64,000 nucleotides of DNA, taken from the NCBI RefSeq assembly GCF_011045215.1, contig NZ_CP049201.1. The stretch is one strand, 5' to 3'. Origin of the DNA: Escherichia coli (GTDB lineage Bacteria > Pseudomonadota > Gammaproteobacteria > Enterobacterales > Enterobacteriaceae). The first letter of the stretch is position 1; the number at the start of each line of letters is the position of its first letter. The notes below the pieces were generated by a model. The model was not told the origin of the DNA. It did not search any database and was given only the letters and a program-made list of their open reading frames with translations. The position numbers and the translations under genes were made by a program. Below are positions 21,420 through 32,209 of this stretch, one piece after another.

Positions 21420-23066
21420 TTACTTAGTGCAGTTCGCGCACTGTTTGTTGACGATTTGCTGGAAGAAGTCGTTACCTTTGTCATCGACCAGGATAAACGC
21501 CGGGAAATCTTCTACTTCGATTTTCCAGATAGCTTCCATACCCAGCTCCGGATAAGCGACGCATTCCAGATGCTTGATGCTCTGCTGCGCCAGTACCGCC
21601 GCCGGACCGCCGATGCTACCGAGGTAGAAGCCGCCGTGTTTATGACACGCGTCGGTAACCTGCTGACTGCGGTTACCTTTCGCTAGCATGATCATGCTGC
21701 CGCCGTGGGATTGCAGCAGATCCACGTAGGAGTCCATACGACCTGCGGTAGTTGGGCCAAGTGAACCTGATGGATAACCGGCAGGGGTTTTCGCCGGACC
21801 CGCGTAGTAGATCGGGTGATCTTTGATGTACTGCGGAAGTTCTTTACCGGCGTCAATCAGCTCTTTCAGCTTGGCGTGTGCAATATCTCGGCCCACGATA
21901 ATGGTGCCGGTGAGCGACAAACGAGTGGAAACCGGATATTGCGAAAGCTGGGCGAGGATCTCTTTCATCGGGCGGTTAAGGTCGACCTTCACCGCTTCGC
22001 CTTCACCGGCCTGGCGCAGTTCTTGTGGAATGTACTGACCTGGATTGTGTTCCAGTTTTTCGATCCAGATACCTTCGCGGTTGATTTTCGCTTTAATGTT
22101 ACGGTCAGCGGAGCAGGAGACGCCCATGCCTACCGGGCAGGATGCGCCGTGACGTGGCAGACGGATAACGCGAATGTCGTGCGCGAAGTATTTACCGCCA
22201 AACTGCGCGCCAAGACCGAGTTTCTGGGCCTCTTCCAGCAGTTCCTGTTCCAGCTGGACATCGCGGAACGCCTGACCATGTTCGTTCCCTTCCGTCGGCA
22301 GTTCATCGTAATAGTGAGCGCTTGCTAACTTAACGGTTTTCAGGTTGGTTTCCGCAGACGTACCGCCAATCACAAACGCGATATGGTACGGCGGGCAGGC
22401 TGCAGTACCGAGGGTACGCATTTTCTCGACGAGGAAGTTTTTCAGTTTGCCGGGAGTCAGCAGGGCTTTGGTTTCCTGGTAGAGATAGGTTTTGTTGGCA
22501 GAGCCGCCGCCTTTCGCAACGCAAAGGAATTTGTACTCATCGCCATCTACCGCGTACAGGTCGATTTGTGCAGGCAGGTTAGTGCCGGTGTTGACCTCTT
22601 TGTACATGTCCAGCGCCGCGTTTTGCGAGTAGCGCAGGTTATCCTCGATATAGGTGTTATAGACGCCTTTCGACAGCGCTTCTTCATCACCGCCACCGGT
22701 CCACACGCGCTGGCCTTTTTTACCGACGATGATCGCGGTGCCGGTATCCTGGCAGGTCGGCAGCACGCCTTTGGCGGCGATTTCGGAGTTTCTTAAGAAT
22801 TGCAGTGCCACGTACTTGTCGTTTTCGCTGGCTTCTGGATCGTGAAGAATAGCCGCAACCTGTTTCTGGTGTGCCGGACGGAGCATGAAAGAAGCGTCGT
22901 GAAAGGCTTGCTGCGCCAGCAGGGTCAGGGCTTCTGGTTCCACTTTCAGGATGGTTTCGCCGTCGAAGTCGGCAACGCTAACGTAATCGGAAGTGAGTAG
23001 ATAGTATTCGGTATTGTCTTTCCCCATCGGGAAAGGTGCCTGGTAGATAAAGGGTTTGTTTGACAT
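21420..23066 (-). CDS. fumB: Class I (Fe-S) fumarate hydratase FumB
   Basis: 548 aa starting [29 protein letters not shown], located downstream of dcuB. Confidence 0.95.
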   Translation of the reverse strand: MSNKPFIYQAPFPMGKDNTEYYLLTSDYVSVADFDGETILKVEPEALTLLAQQAFHDASFMLRPAHQKQVAAILHDPEASENDKYVALQFLRNSEIAAKGVLPTCQDTGTAIIVGKKGQRVWTGGGDEEALSKGVYNTYIEDNLRYSQNAALDMYKEVNTGTNLPAQIDLYAVDGDEYKFLCVAKGGGSANKTYLYQETKALLTPGKLKNFLVEKMRTLGTAACPPYHIAFVIGGTSAETNLKTVKLASAHYYDELPTEGNEHGQAFRDVQLEQELLEEAQKLGLGAQFGGKYFAHDIRVIRLPRHGASCPVGMGVSCSADRNIKAKINREGIWIEKLEHNPGQYIPQELRQAGEGEAVKVDLNRPMKEILAQLSQYPVSTRLSLTGTIIVGRDIAHAKLKELIDAGKELPQYIKDHPIYYAGPAKTPAGYPSGSLGPTTAGRMDSYVDLLQSHGGSMIMLAKGNRSQQVTDACHKHGGFYLGSIGGPAAVLAQQSIKHLECVAYPELGMEAIWKIEVEDFPAFILVDDKGNDFFQQIVNKQCANCTK

Positions 23067-23143
23067 AGCTTCCAGCCTGTAACTCTGTATTTGTTATTCG
23101 AAAATGGCGTGCCGCGTAGTAACGGGCGGCACGCAAAGTGCAT

Positions 23144-24484
23144 TTATAAGAACCCGTACATCGCGGCGAAGATCCAGCCGAAGACGCACGATACGCTCAC
23201 ACCAATCAACCCCGGCAGAATAAAGCTGTGGTTGATGACGAAGCGACCGATGTGGGTGGTGCCGGAACGGTCAAACTGAATCGCTGCCAGATCGCTCGGA
23301 TAAGTCGGCAGGATGTAATAACCGTAGCAAGCCGGTGCTGAAGCCACGATGTATGCCGGATCAACGCCGATCGCTAGCGCGACCGGAACAATCGCCGCCA
23401 GCGCCGCAGCCTGAGAGTTTACAAACTTGGAAACCAGCAGCAGAACAATGGCATAGGCCCACGGATACTCTTTCACCATTTCACCCAGTACGCCCTGAAT
23501 TTCAGACATATGCGCACCGAACATGGTTTCTGCCATCCATGCGATACCGTACACCGCCACGATGGCGATCATACCGGAACGGAAGACTTCGTTTTTTGAG
23601 ATAGACGCGGGATTGGTTTTGGTCAGGATAATAATCAGCGCCCCGGTCAGCAGCATAAACATCTGAATAACCAGTACCATCGACAGCGGTTTGCCGCCGA
23701 AGGATGGACGCAGGTCCGAATCAGCACCAAGAAGTGCGACTACAGCGATTGCCCCGAGGAAAATCCACATTGCCAGCCAGTTGCTTTTCGGCAGTTTTTT
23801 ATCCAGCAGCGTCGCGGTATCACCGTAAACATACTCACGGTTTTCCGGTACGGAGATGAATTTCTGGAACTCTTCGTCTTTATCCAGATCTTTACCGCGG
23901 AACCAGCTGAAGATACCGATCGCCAGGATACCGATTAACGTCGATGGAATGGTGATTGCCAGCAGGTCGAGGAACTCAAGATGGCGACCATCAAAGGTGA
24001 CATTACCCAGCATTGCAACCAGAGACACGACCGCAACCGACACCGGACTGGCGATAATCCCCATCTGTGCACCGATAGAACTTGCCGCCATCGGACGTTC
24101 CGGACGGATGTTGTTCTTAATGGCGACGTCGTAGATGATCGGCAGAATGGTGTAAACCACATGACCCGTACCGCAAAGAATGGTCAGCGTACAGGTCACA
24201 AACGGCGCGACAATTGAGACATATTTCGGGTTGCGGCGCAGCAGCTTCTCGGCAATTTGCAGCATGACATCAAGACCGCCCGAAGCTTGCAAGGTCGCCG
24301 ATGCCGCAACCACCGCAATGATAACCAGCATGACATCAACCGGTGGTTTACCTGGCTGAAGGTGGAAGACGAAGACCAGAATGACCAGACCGATACCGCC
24401 TAATAAACCCAGCGCGATACCACCCTTTCTGGCACCATAAAACAGACATATCAGTATTATGATAAGTTGGATAGTAAATAACAT
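23144..24484 (-). CDS. dcuB: Anaerobic C4-dicarboxylate transporter DcuB
   Basis: 446-aa polytopic ORF starting [27 protein letters not shown] long AT-rich regulatory region lies upstream (24485-25054). Confidence 0.95.
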
Positions 24485-25054
24485 GTGTGAACCCTCGCGA
24501 TAATCCTATTTAAATTTTTGCTGAATAGATCACAGTCACGTTCTGTTTTGTATGAACTGTTTTCAGAGCCTGACTAAATATCCGTTTGGTCGTTACCGGC
24601 TTTAGCAAATACCTCACAGTGAATATTGGCTGATTAAAGCAGCGGCAAATTTATGCACTGTGATAAGCGGCTTTTTCAGAGAGAAAAACTCTCTGGCGAT
24701 GGGTTTAAAGTTTGTACTGCGCAGATGTTAATGTTTTGTTTGCTGTTATCTTATTGATATTTATCGGTCTATTTTTTGTTCTCAGGGCAGATATCATTAG
24801 GTTTATAGATTAATCTGATCTACCCATTTGTGGGTAAAAATACACATAATGCGGGTGACATAATAGTTAATTAACTTTTGTTAGCGTTTTGAAATTAAAA
24901 ACACCGTTCACCTGAAGAGATATTAATTTTTAGCGATGATGGAGGGATAATTATATTTGATCTGGCACAAGTTTTACTGATGAAGGATGTAACTTGTGCC
25001 AGGGGTATTTTGCATTACGGTAATAATTATTACTTACAGATAACCAGCGATCCG

Positions 25055-25774
25055 TTATTGGCAATATTGTTTCAGTAGTGAGTAGTGTTCTGCCTGAATA
25101 CGGTAACGGTAAACCGGACGCCCCGTGACGCCATAATGGATACTGGTGAACAAGATGTGGCAGTTGACCAGCCAGATGAGGTATTTACGGCAGGAAACAC
25201 GCGAGATGTTAACCTCGTTAGCCAGCTCGTCGGTTGAAAACTCATAGTCCTGATGCGCGTCAATCCACTGGCACAGCGTGCGTAACGTCTGCGGCGTTAA
25301 GCCTTTTGGCAAGCGACGAGGATCCTGCTCGTTGGAGCTGCTGCCGTGGATTAACTGATCAAGCTCGGCCTGGTCATAATACTGATGTTTTTCCAGCGCC
25401 ATTTTCTTTTGCCGCCAGCCGGTGAGCGCCTCTTCAAAGCGGGAAGCCTGGAAGGGTTTGATCAGGTAATCCACGACACCGTAATGCAGCGAATCTTTAA
25501 TGGTTGCCGCATCGGCTGCGGAGGAGATGACAATCACATCACTTTTGTAACGCGCGTTATGCAGGACAGGCAGTAAATCGAGCCCGTTCTCTTTTTGCAT
25601 ATAGATATCGAGCAATATCAGGTCGATAGGCGTATCGCTATTGAAGATAATCTCTTTGGCTTTCTCCAGCGTCGAGGCTGTTCCACAGCATTGAAAGCCT
25701 GGGATTTGTGCTACGTATCGGCGATTCAGCTCCGCAACCATTGCGTCGTCATCGATAATTAATACATTGATCAT
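25055..25774 (-). CDS. dcuR: Response regulator DcuR (CitB family)
   Basis: 239 aa starting MINVLIIDDDAMVAEL. It has a 4-nt overlap with dcuS. Confidence 0.95.
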   Translation of the reverse strand: MINVLIIDDDAMVAELNRRYVAQIPGFQCCGTASTLEKAKEIIFNSDTPIDLILLDIYMQKENGLDLLPVLHNARYKSDVIVISSAADAATIKDSLHYGVVDYLIKPFQASRFEEALTGWRQKKMALEKHQYYDQAELDQLIHGSSSNEQDPRRLPKGLTPQTLRTLCQWIDAHQDYEFSTDELANEVNISRVSCRKYLIWLVNCHILFTSIHYGVTGRPVYRYRIQAEHYSLLKQYCQ

Positions 25775-27402
25775 CTGTTCGACCTCTCCCCGTCCCAGGG
25801 TATCTGGACAAAAAATTGTGTGAAAATCCCGGGTTCCGATTCCACGGCGATGCTGCCGCCGAGATTTTCTACCTGTTGTTTGACAAGTGCTAAACCGACG
25901 CCTCGCTCGCTTCCTTTTGTCGAGACACCTTTGTCAAAAATGTGATCGATTTTGTCGGGTGCGATCCCCGGTCCATCATCGTTAACTTCGCAGTGCAGCC
26001 AGCCGTGACGGTAGTGCAATGTTACGCTAATTTCGCCACCGGGTTCCGGCCCTAATGCTTCCAGCGCGTTTTCTATCAGATTTCCCAATGTGGTAATCAG
26101 CGTCGCGACCTGGTCCTCACTGCCGCTGTCTGGCAGCTGGCTTTCACTGTTTAAAATCAGCGTATGGCCTAAATCGGTCGCGCGGTTAATCTTGCTGATT
26201 AAAAAACCAGCGATAACCGGAGATTTGATCTTACCCAGCAGAGAGCCAATCTCTTCCTGATAGTTATTGGCTGTTTTGAGAATGTAATCTTCCAACTGCT
26301 TATAACTCTTCAGATGCAATAATCCGAGAATCACATGCAATTTATTCATAAATTCGTGGGATCGTTCACGAAGTGCGTCAGCATAGTTGACCAGACCATC
26401 GAGTCGCTGCATCAGTTTACGTACTTCAGTTTTGTCCCTGAAGGTTGAAATGGCACCGATGATAACGCCATTACTGCGCACCGGAACGGTGTTGATCAGT
26501 AATAGCCGATCTTTAATCGTAATCTCTTCGTCGCGGCGCGGGGTACCGTCGCGTAACACTTCCGAGACATCTACCACCTGTGACCACGAGTGGCTGAGCG
26601 TCGACAGTTTCTCATCGTCCTGCGACTTACGGTAATTCAGCAATTCTTGTGCGGCATCGTTGATCAGCGTGACCTCGCCGCGATCGTCCACGGCAACGAC
26701 GCCTTCTTTGATAGACTGCAACATGGCCTGGCGTTGCTCAAACAGCGTGGAGATTTCGTAGGGTTCCAGGCCGAAAAGGATTTTTTTCAGTACTTTAACC
26801 AGAATGCAGGTGCCAATCAGTCCGACCAGCATGCCAAATAATACTGACCAGATAATGCTCCAGCGACTGTCATTGATCTGTTGGGTCACGCGGCTTAACT
26901 CAAGGCCGATCGCCACCACGCCAATTTGTTTATGATTTTCATCATAGATGGGGGTAAATACGCGTAAAGCCTGCGCCAGAAAACCGCGATTGATAGCGAC
27001 ATTTTCTTCGCCCTTCAGCGCTTTAAGGATGTCATCACCTTTAAATGGCTGACCAATACGCTGGGCTTCAGGATGCGAGTAGCGAAGACTTTGCATATCG
27101 GTAACGACAATAAACAGCAGATCGTTGCGTTTGCGCACGGCTTCCGCGATGGCCTGGATGCCGCTCTCCTGCGGTTTTTTCTGCAAGCCCTGACGGATTT
27201 CCGGCGAGTCGGCGAGAGTACGCGCCACTGCCAGTGCCTTGTTGGCTAGCCCGTCTCGCGTCATATCACTGATTTGCGAGAAGTAAATCAGATGCACCAC
27301 CAATAGCACCGAGAACAGTACCGCGCTGACCATTAAGATCACTGTGGTACTCAATTTCATCGGACGTTTGCGTAACATGCGGTAGGGCAATGAATGTCTC
27401 AT
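25771..27402 (-). CDS. dcuS: C4-dicarboxylate sensor histidine kinase DcuS
   Basis: 543 aa with two TM segments, a periplasmic PASp domain, a PASc domain and a kinase domain with DDGPGI..GVGLALV. Confidence 0.95.
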   Translation of the reverse strand: MRHSLPYRMLRKRPMKLSTTVILMVSAVLFSVLLVVHLIYFSQISDMTRDGLANKALAVARTLADSPEIRQGLQKKPQESGIQAIAEAVRKRNDLLFIVVTDMQSLRYSHPEAQRIGQPFKGDDILKALKGEENVAINRGFLAQALRVFTPIYDENHKQIGVVAIGLELSRVTQQINDSRWSIIWSVLFGMLVGLIGTCILVKVLKKILFGLEPYEISTLFEQRQAMLQSIKEGVVAVDDRGEVTLINDAAQELLNYRKSQDDEKLSTLSHSWSQVVDVSEVLRDGTPRRDEEITIKDRLLLINTVPVRSNGVIIGAISTFRDKTEVRKLMQRLDGLVNYADALRERSHEFMNKLHVILGLLHLKSYKQLEDYILKTANNYQEEIGSLLGKIKSPVIAGFLISKINRATDLGHTLILNSESQLPDSGSEDQVATLITTLGNLIENALEALGPEPGGEISVTLHYRHGWLHCEVNDDGPGIAPDKIDHIFDKGVSTKGSERGVGLALVKQQVENLGGSIAVESEPGIFTQFFVQIPWDGERSNR

Positions 27403-27582
27403 CAGCTTCCTTGTGTGACAAATTTCTTAAGCATTATCTCTGATGAGGCGGGTAATTCAAAGGGAGTAAGAATGATTGGCTATATAGGGGAAGAGACTCT
27501 GGCAACGGAAACTGCCAGTGCTGTATGAAGATTCCAGGGCTATGCTTATAGTGAAAACCATACTGATGAGAGAGGGAAGGTC

Positions 27583-27813
27583 ATGGATCAGGCGCTACTG
27601 GACGGGGGTTATCGCTGTTATACCGGCGAAAAGATCGATGTCTATTTCAACACTGCGATATGTCCGCATTCTGGCAATTGCGTACGTGGCAACGGCAAGT
27701 TATTTAATCTCAAACGAAAGCCGTGGATCATGCCGGATGAAGTCGACGTTGCCACTGTGGTTAAAGTGATTGATACGTGCCCGAGCGGCGCGCTGAAATA
27801 CCGTCATAAATAA
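27583..27813 (+). CDS. yjdI: Small Cys-rich (iron-binding-like) protein YjdI
   Basis: 76 aa starting [36 protein letters not shown], in the K-12 syntenic position. Confidence 0.85.
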   Translation: MDQALLDGGYRCYTGEKIDVYFNTAICPHSGNCVRGNGKLFNLKRKPWIMPDEVDVATVVKVIDTCPSGALKYRHK

Positions 27814-27824
27814 GCGAGGGTAAA

Positions 27825-28097
27825 ATGGAAATACGCGAAGGCCACAATAAATTTTACATTAATGATGAACAGGGCAAGCAAATCGCTGAAATTGTCTTTG
27901 TGCCGACCGGAGAGAATTTAGCAATTATCGAACATACCGATGTCGATGAAAGCCTGAAAGGGCAAGGGATTGGTAAACAGCTGGTTGCGAAAGTCGTGGA
28001 AAAAATGCGTCGGGAAAAACGAAAAATTATCCCATTATGTCCATTTGCGAAACACGAATTTGATAAAACGCGGGAGTATGATGATATTCGCAGTTGA
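27825..28097 (+). CDS. yjdJ: GNAT-like small acetyltransferase-fold protein YjdJ
   Basis: 90 aa containing the GNAT-like QGIGKQLV motif. Confidence 0.85.
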   Translation: MEIREGHNKFYINDEQGKQIAEIVFVPTGENLAIIEHTDVDESLKGQGIGKQLVAKVVEKMRREKRKIIPLCPFAKHEFDKTREYDDIRS

Positions 28098-28323
28098 TGG
28101 GAGAGTACAGATTCACGATATTTTTCATGCTCTCCACGGTGTGATGCAGGAGAGCATCTGAAGGGTAGGGGGATGCACAAAGAATGGGCAGAGAGCGCGT
28201 TTTTTTGTCCCAAGTCATCCCCTTTACTGAGCAAAAAAAAGAATATCTCCTATATGAGAATCATCAATCGGGGTTAATAAGTTTTGCGTCCCCAGAGTGT
28301 TCAATATTGATAGGAGTCATATT

Positions 28324-28620
28324 ATGGAAGGTAAAAACAAGTTCAATACTTATGTTGTTTCTTTTGATTATCCATCATCTTATTCCTCAGTGTTCTTAAG
28401 GTTAAGATCATTGATGTATGATATGAATTTCTCTTCTATCGTGGCTGATGAATATGGGATACCACGACAATTGAATGAAAACTCCTTCGCAATAACGACA
28501 TCGTTAGCCGCAAGTGAAATCGAAGATTTAATCAGGCTTAAATGCTTAGACTTACCGGATATTGACTTTGACCTCAACATTATGACAGTTGATGACTATT
28601 TCCGTCAGTTTTACAAGTAG
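28324..28620 (+). CDS. ghoS: Type V antitoxin (endoribonuclease) GhoS
   Basis: 98 aa from the ATG at 28324 (MEGKNKFNTYVVSFDYPSSYSS...), matching GhoS/YjdK as remembered. The ORF track start at 28297 is 9 codons longer. Confidence 0.85.
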   Translation: MEGKNKFNTYVVSFDYPSSYSSVFLRLRSLMYDMNFSSIVADEYGIPRQLNENSFAITTSLAASEIEDLIRLKCLDLPDIDFDLNIMTVDDYFRQFYK

Positions 28621-28647
28621 CCAGGAAGGATAAGAAGAACATAAAAA

Positions 28648-28821
28648 ATGGCACTATTCTCTAAAATATTAATTTTTTATGTGATTGGTGTGAACATATC
28701 CTTTGTCATTATCTGGTTTATCTCACATGAGAAAACACATATTCGTTTACTTAGTGCATTCCTGGTCGGAATAACCTGGCCAATGAGTCTGCCTGTGGCA
28801 TTACTTTTTTCTCTCTTTTAG
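28648..28821 (+). CDS. ghoT: Type V toxin, small membrane-lytic peptide GhoT
   Basis: 57-aa ORF below the ORF-track cutoff: MALFSKILIFYVIGVNISFVIIWFISHEKTHIRLLSAFLVGITWPMSLPVALLFSLF*. It has two predicted TM helices and lies directly downstream of ghoS. Confidence 0.8.
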   Translation: MALFSKILIFYVIGVNISFVIIWFISHEKTHIRLLSAFLVGITWPMSLPVALLFSLF

Positions 28822-28896
28822 GAGCTGTAGTTGAGTGGACCCGCTGGTTATCGTGAAACGAAGCGTCTCTCCTCAAAACTGGATTTGCGGAACGAT

Positions 28897-28926
28897 GAAC
28901 GAAGCAGTCGCCTGACTGCTTCGTTC
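28897..28926. terminator. Bidirectional terminator hairpin between ghoT and lysU
   Basis: GAACGAAGCAGTC-gcct-GACTGCTTCGTTC is a 13-bp perfect stem between convergent genes. Confidence 0.55.
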
Positions 28927-28939
28927 ACTAAAGTGAAAT

Positions 28940-30457
28940 TTATTTCTGTGGGCGCATCGCCGGGAAGAGAATAACGTCGCGAATAGTATGACTGTTTGTA
29001 AACAGCATAATCATTCGGTCGATACCAATACCCAGACCAGCGGTTGGCGGCAGACCATATTCCAGCGCAGTCACGTAATCTTCGTCATAGAACATGGCTT
29101 CGTCGTCACCTGCAGCTTTAGCGTTAACCTGTTCCTGGAAACGTTCAGCCTGATCTTCTGCGTCGTTTAATTCGCTAAAACCATTACCGATTTCACGACC
29201 ACCGATGAAGAATTCAAAACGGTCGGTGATTTCCGGGTTAACATCATTACGGCGTGCCAGCGGTGACACTTCTGCCGGATATTCCGTAATAAAGGTTGGC
29301 TGAATCAGATGTGCTTCTGCCACTTCATCAAAGATCTCCGTGACAATACGTCCCAGCCCCCAGCTTTTCTCTACCGTAATACCGATAGATTCAGCTAATG
29401 CTTTAGCAGCATCAAAATTATCCAGGTCGGCCATATCGGTTTCTGGACGATATTTTTTGATTGCTTCGCGCATGGTGAGTTTTTCAAACGGTTTGCCGAA
29501 ATCAAACACATGCTCGCCATAAGTGACTTTAGTGGTACCCAGAACCTCTTGTGCCAGGGTGCGGAACAGTGACTCTGTCAGTTCAATCAAATCGTGGTAA
29601 TCCGCATACGCCATGTAGAGTTCCATCATTGTGAACTCAGGATTATGGCGAACAGAAATACCTTCATTACGGAAGTTACGGTTGATTTCGAATACCCGTT
29701 CAAAACCGCCTACAACCAGACGTTTCAGATACAGCTCCGGCGCGATACGCAGATACATATCTAAATCCAGAGCATTATGATGGGTAATAAACGGGCGAGC
29801 AGATGCCCCACCTGGAATTACCTGCATCATCGGGGTTTCTACTTCCATAAAGCCGCGCGCGACCATGAACTGACGGATAGCGGCCAGAATTTTTGAACGG
29901 ACAACAAACGTTTGACGGGATTTATCGTTAGCGATGAGGTCCAGATAACGTTGACGATAACGGACTTCCTGATCCTGCAGACCATGGAATTTATCTGGTA
30001 AAGGACGTAGTGCTTTTGTCAGCAGGCGCAGCTCAGTACAGTGAATGGAAAGCTCACCCGTTTGCGTCTTAAACAGCGTACCGCGGGCACCGATAATGTC
30101 ACCCAGATCCCATTTTTTAAACTGATCGTTATAAACACCTTCTGGCAGGCTATCTCGTGCGACGTACAGTTGAATACGGCCACCGACATCCTGCAACGTT
30201 ACAAAGGAGGCTTTCCCCATGATACGACGGGTCATCATTCGGCCAGCAACCGAGACTTCAATGTTTAAGGATTCCAGTTCCTGGTTATCCTTCGCATCAA
30301 ACTCTTCGTGCAACTGGTCAGAGGTATGGTCGCGGCGAAAATCATTGGGAAACGCCACACCTTGCTGACGTAGTGCCGCCAGTTTTTCGCGGCGATTTCT
30401 CAGTTCATCGTTAAAATCAATAGCCTCATTGGCTCCCCGTGTTTCTTGTTCAGACAT
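28940..30457 (-). CDS. lysU: Lysyl-tRNA synthetase, heat-inducible isoform LysU
   Basis: 505 aa from the ATG at 30457 ([26 protein letters not shown]...). It is a class II aaRS, and its position next to dtpC/cadA identifies it as lysU rather than lysS. Confidence 0.95.
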
Positions 30458-30693
30458 TTTGGTTCCTCTAAATCCAGCTTTCAATTTAGCGTAGATAAAG
30501 AGACAGATCGGTACACTGTATTATCTGCCTCGACTATTAGTAACTCAGTTTATCTTATCGAAACTAACGCTTACCTCAAGTTGATATCACTAATAAATAA
30601 CCATCAAAATGGTTTAAATGACTTATTAATATCGATTTGCTAGTGTTATAAACTGAAAGTTAATTTATTCATAACTAATTGTTTTTACGACAG

Positions 30694-32151
30694 TTAATCG
30701 TTGCTCTCCTGTACCATATTCGTCGGCGTGCTAAACAGAAAACGGGTAGCAAAGGCCAATACGACGATGATCGCGACACAAGCCAACGTCCACTCTCCCA
30801 TCTGAGAAAAGAATCGCTGGTAAGCTGCAATTGCCATACCGCTAATTTGCGACTCTGTCGTCTGCTGTGCCACTACGCCTGCCAGCCAGTTGGCGACCGC
30901 GCCTGTTGCCAGCATATAAATCCCGGTTAATACGCCAGACATTTTCAGACGCGTGATTTGCGCAATCGCCACCGGGTCAATAAAGAGTTCGGCAAAGCCC
31001 ATTAGCGCCAGCCCGGATACCATCACGCCCATTGACGCTTGACCGTCAGCCGCTGCATGTCGGGCATCAAATGCCAGCAACATAAAGCCACAAGCCATCA
31101 GCAGTAAGCCAAAGGCAAACTTCAGCCAGACGCGCAATGTTGAGTTGCCGTGGCTTTCTGGCGACGCCAGCCAGGCCAGAACAACCCCAGCGAGCATCAC
31201 CGCAATTGCATTCACCGACTGGAATAGTGCAGTAGGTACTTCAATATTGAATGCCTGACGATTCACAAAGCGATCGATAAACAGACTGATGGTACTGCCG
31301 CCCTGTTGTGCCAGTACCCAGAACAATGTCCCGACAAACATCAACAATACAATTTGCCAAAGAGCACGGCGGTGTTCGGGGAATTTGATCATCATGCGGG
31401 CAATGATTTGTGCGGCAATGAGGCAAACGATCGCCAGCAAATATCCGGACCAGTCGTTCTCCAGCAGCAGGGTAAAAAATACTGGGGCTAAACAGAGCAT
31501 CACCACTAACCAGCTCCATACTGGTAAGGCAAATTTCACGCTAGTGAGCGCTTTTTTATCCATACTACGCGTGGACTGGAAATGACGATGACCGCTTAAG
31601 AAAATCAACAAACCGATAAACATGCCGCCACCCGCAAGGGCAAAGCCAACATGCCATCCATACCACTGAGCAGCCAGGCCGCAGGCGATGGGGGCTGCGA
31701 TAGAACCGATATTGCCCGCAGCATACAGCAGCGAAAAACCGCCATCACGTCGATGATCGTTCTCGTCGTAGAGCTCGCCAAGCAAACAGCTGATGTTTGA
31801 TTTGAATAAACCGTAGCCACAAATAATGATTGCCAGCGCCAGATACAGGCTAAAGGTTGAATTTGTATCAATGCCCAGCACCACATGGCCAAGGGTCATT
31901 AACAGCGCGCCGGCAATCACTGCAGTGCGGTTGCCGAGCAGGCGGTCGGCAAGCCAGCCGCCGAGAATAGGGGTAACGTAAACCAGAGAAGCATATGCGC
32001 TGAACAGGCTGATGGCATGGTTATCATCAAAACCAAGCTGATGGGTGAGATAGAGAATGAGTAAGGCACGCATGCCGTAAAAACTGAAGTACTCCCAGAT
32101 TTGGATCGCCACGATATAGTATATCGCGCGCGGCTGTGAGGGTGTTTTCAT
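30694..32151 (-). CDS. dtpC: Dipeptide/tripeptide:H+ permease DtpC (YjdL, POT family)
   Basis: 485 aa starting [35 protein letters not shown] (POT signature). Confidence 0.9.
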   Translation of the reverse strand: MKTPSQPRAIYYIVAIQIWEYFSFYGMRALLILYLTHQLGFDDNHAISLFSAYASLVYVTPILGGWLADRLLGNRTAVIAGALLMTLGHVVLGIDTNSTFSLYLALAIIICGYGLFKSNISCLLGELYDENDHRRDGGFSLLYAAGNIGSIAAPIACGLAAQWYGWHVGFALAGGGMFIGLLIFLSGHRHFQSTRSMDKKALTSVKFALPVWSWLVVMLCLAPVFFTLLLENDWSGYLLAIVCLIAAQIIARMMIKFPEHRRALWQIVLLMFVGTLFWVLAQQGGSTISLFIDRFVNRQAFNIEVPTALFQSVNAIAVMLAGVVLAWLASPESHGNSTLRVWLKFAFGLLLMACGFMLLAFDARHAAADGQASMGVMVSGLALMGFAELFIDPVAIAQITRLKMSGVLTGIYMLATGAVANWLAGVVAQQTTESQISGMAIAAYQRFFSQMGEWTLACVAIIVVLAFATRFLFSTPTNMVQESND

Positions 32152-32167
32152 GTGTTCTCCTTATGAG

Positions 32168-32198
32168 CAAAAAAGGGAAGTGGCAAGCCACTTCCCTT
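32168..32198 (-). terminator. cadBA rho-independent terminator
   Basis: The minus strand reads AGGGAAGTGGC-tt-GCCACTTCCCT followed by TTTTTTGC, 12 nt after the cadA stop. Confidence 0.75.
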
Positions 32199-32209
32199 GT
32201 ACGAGCTAA

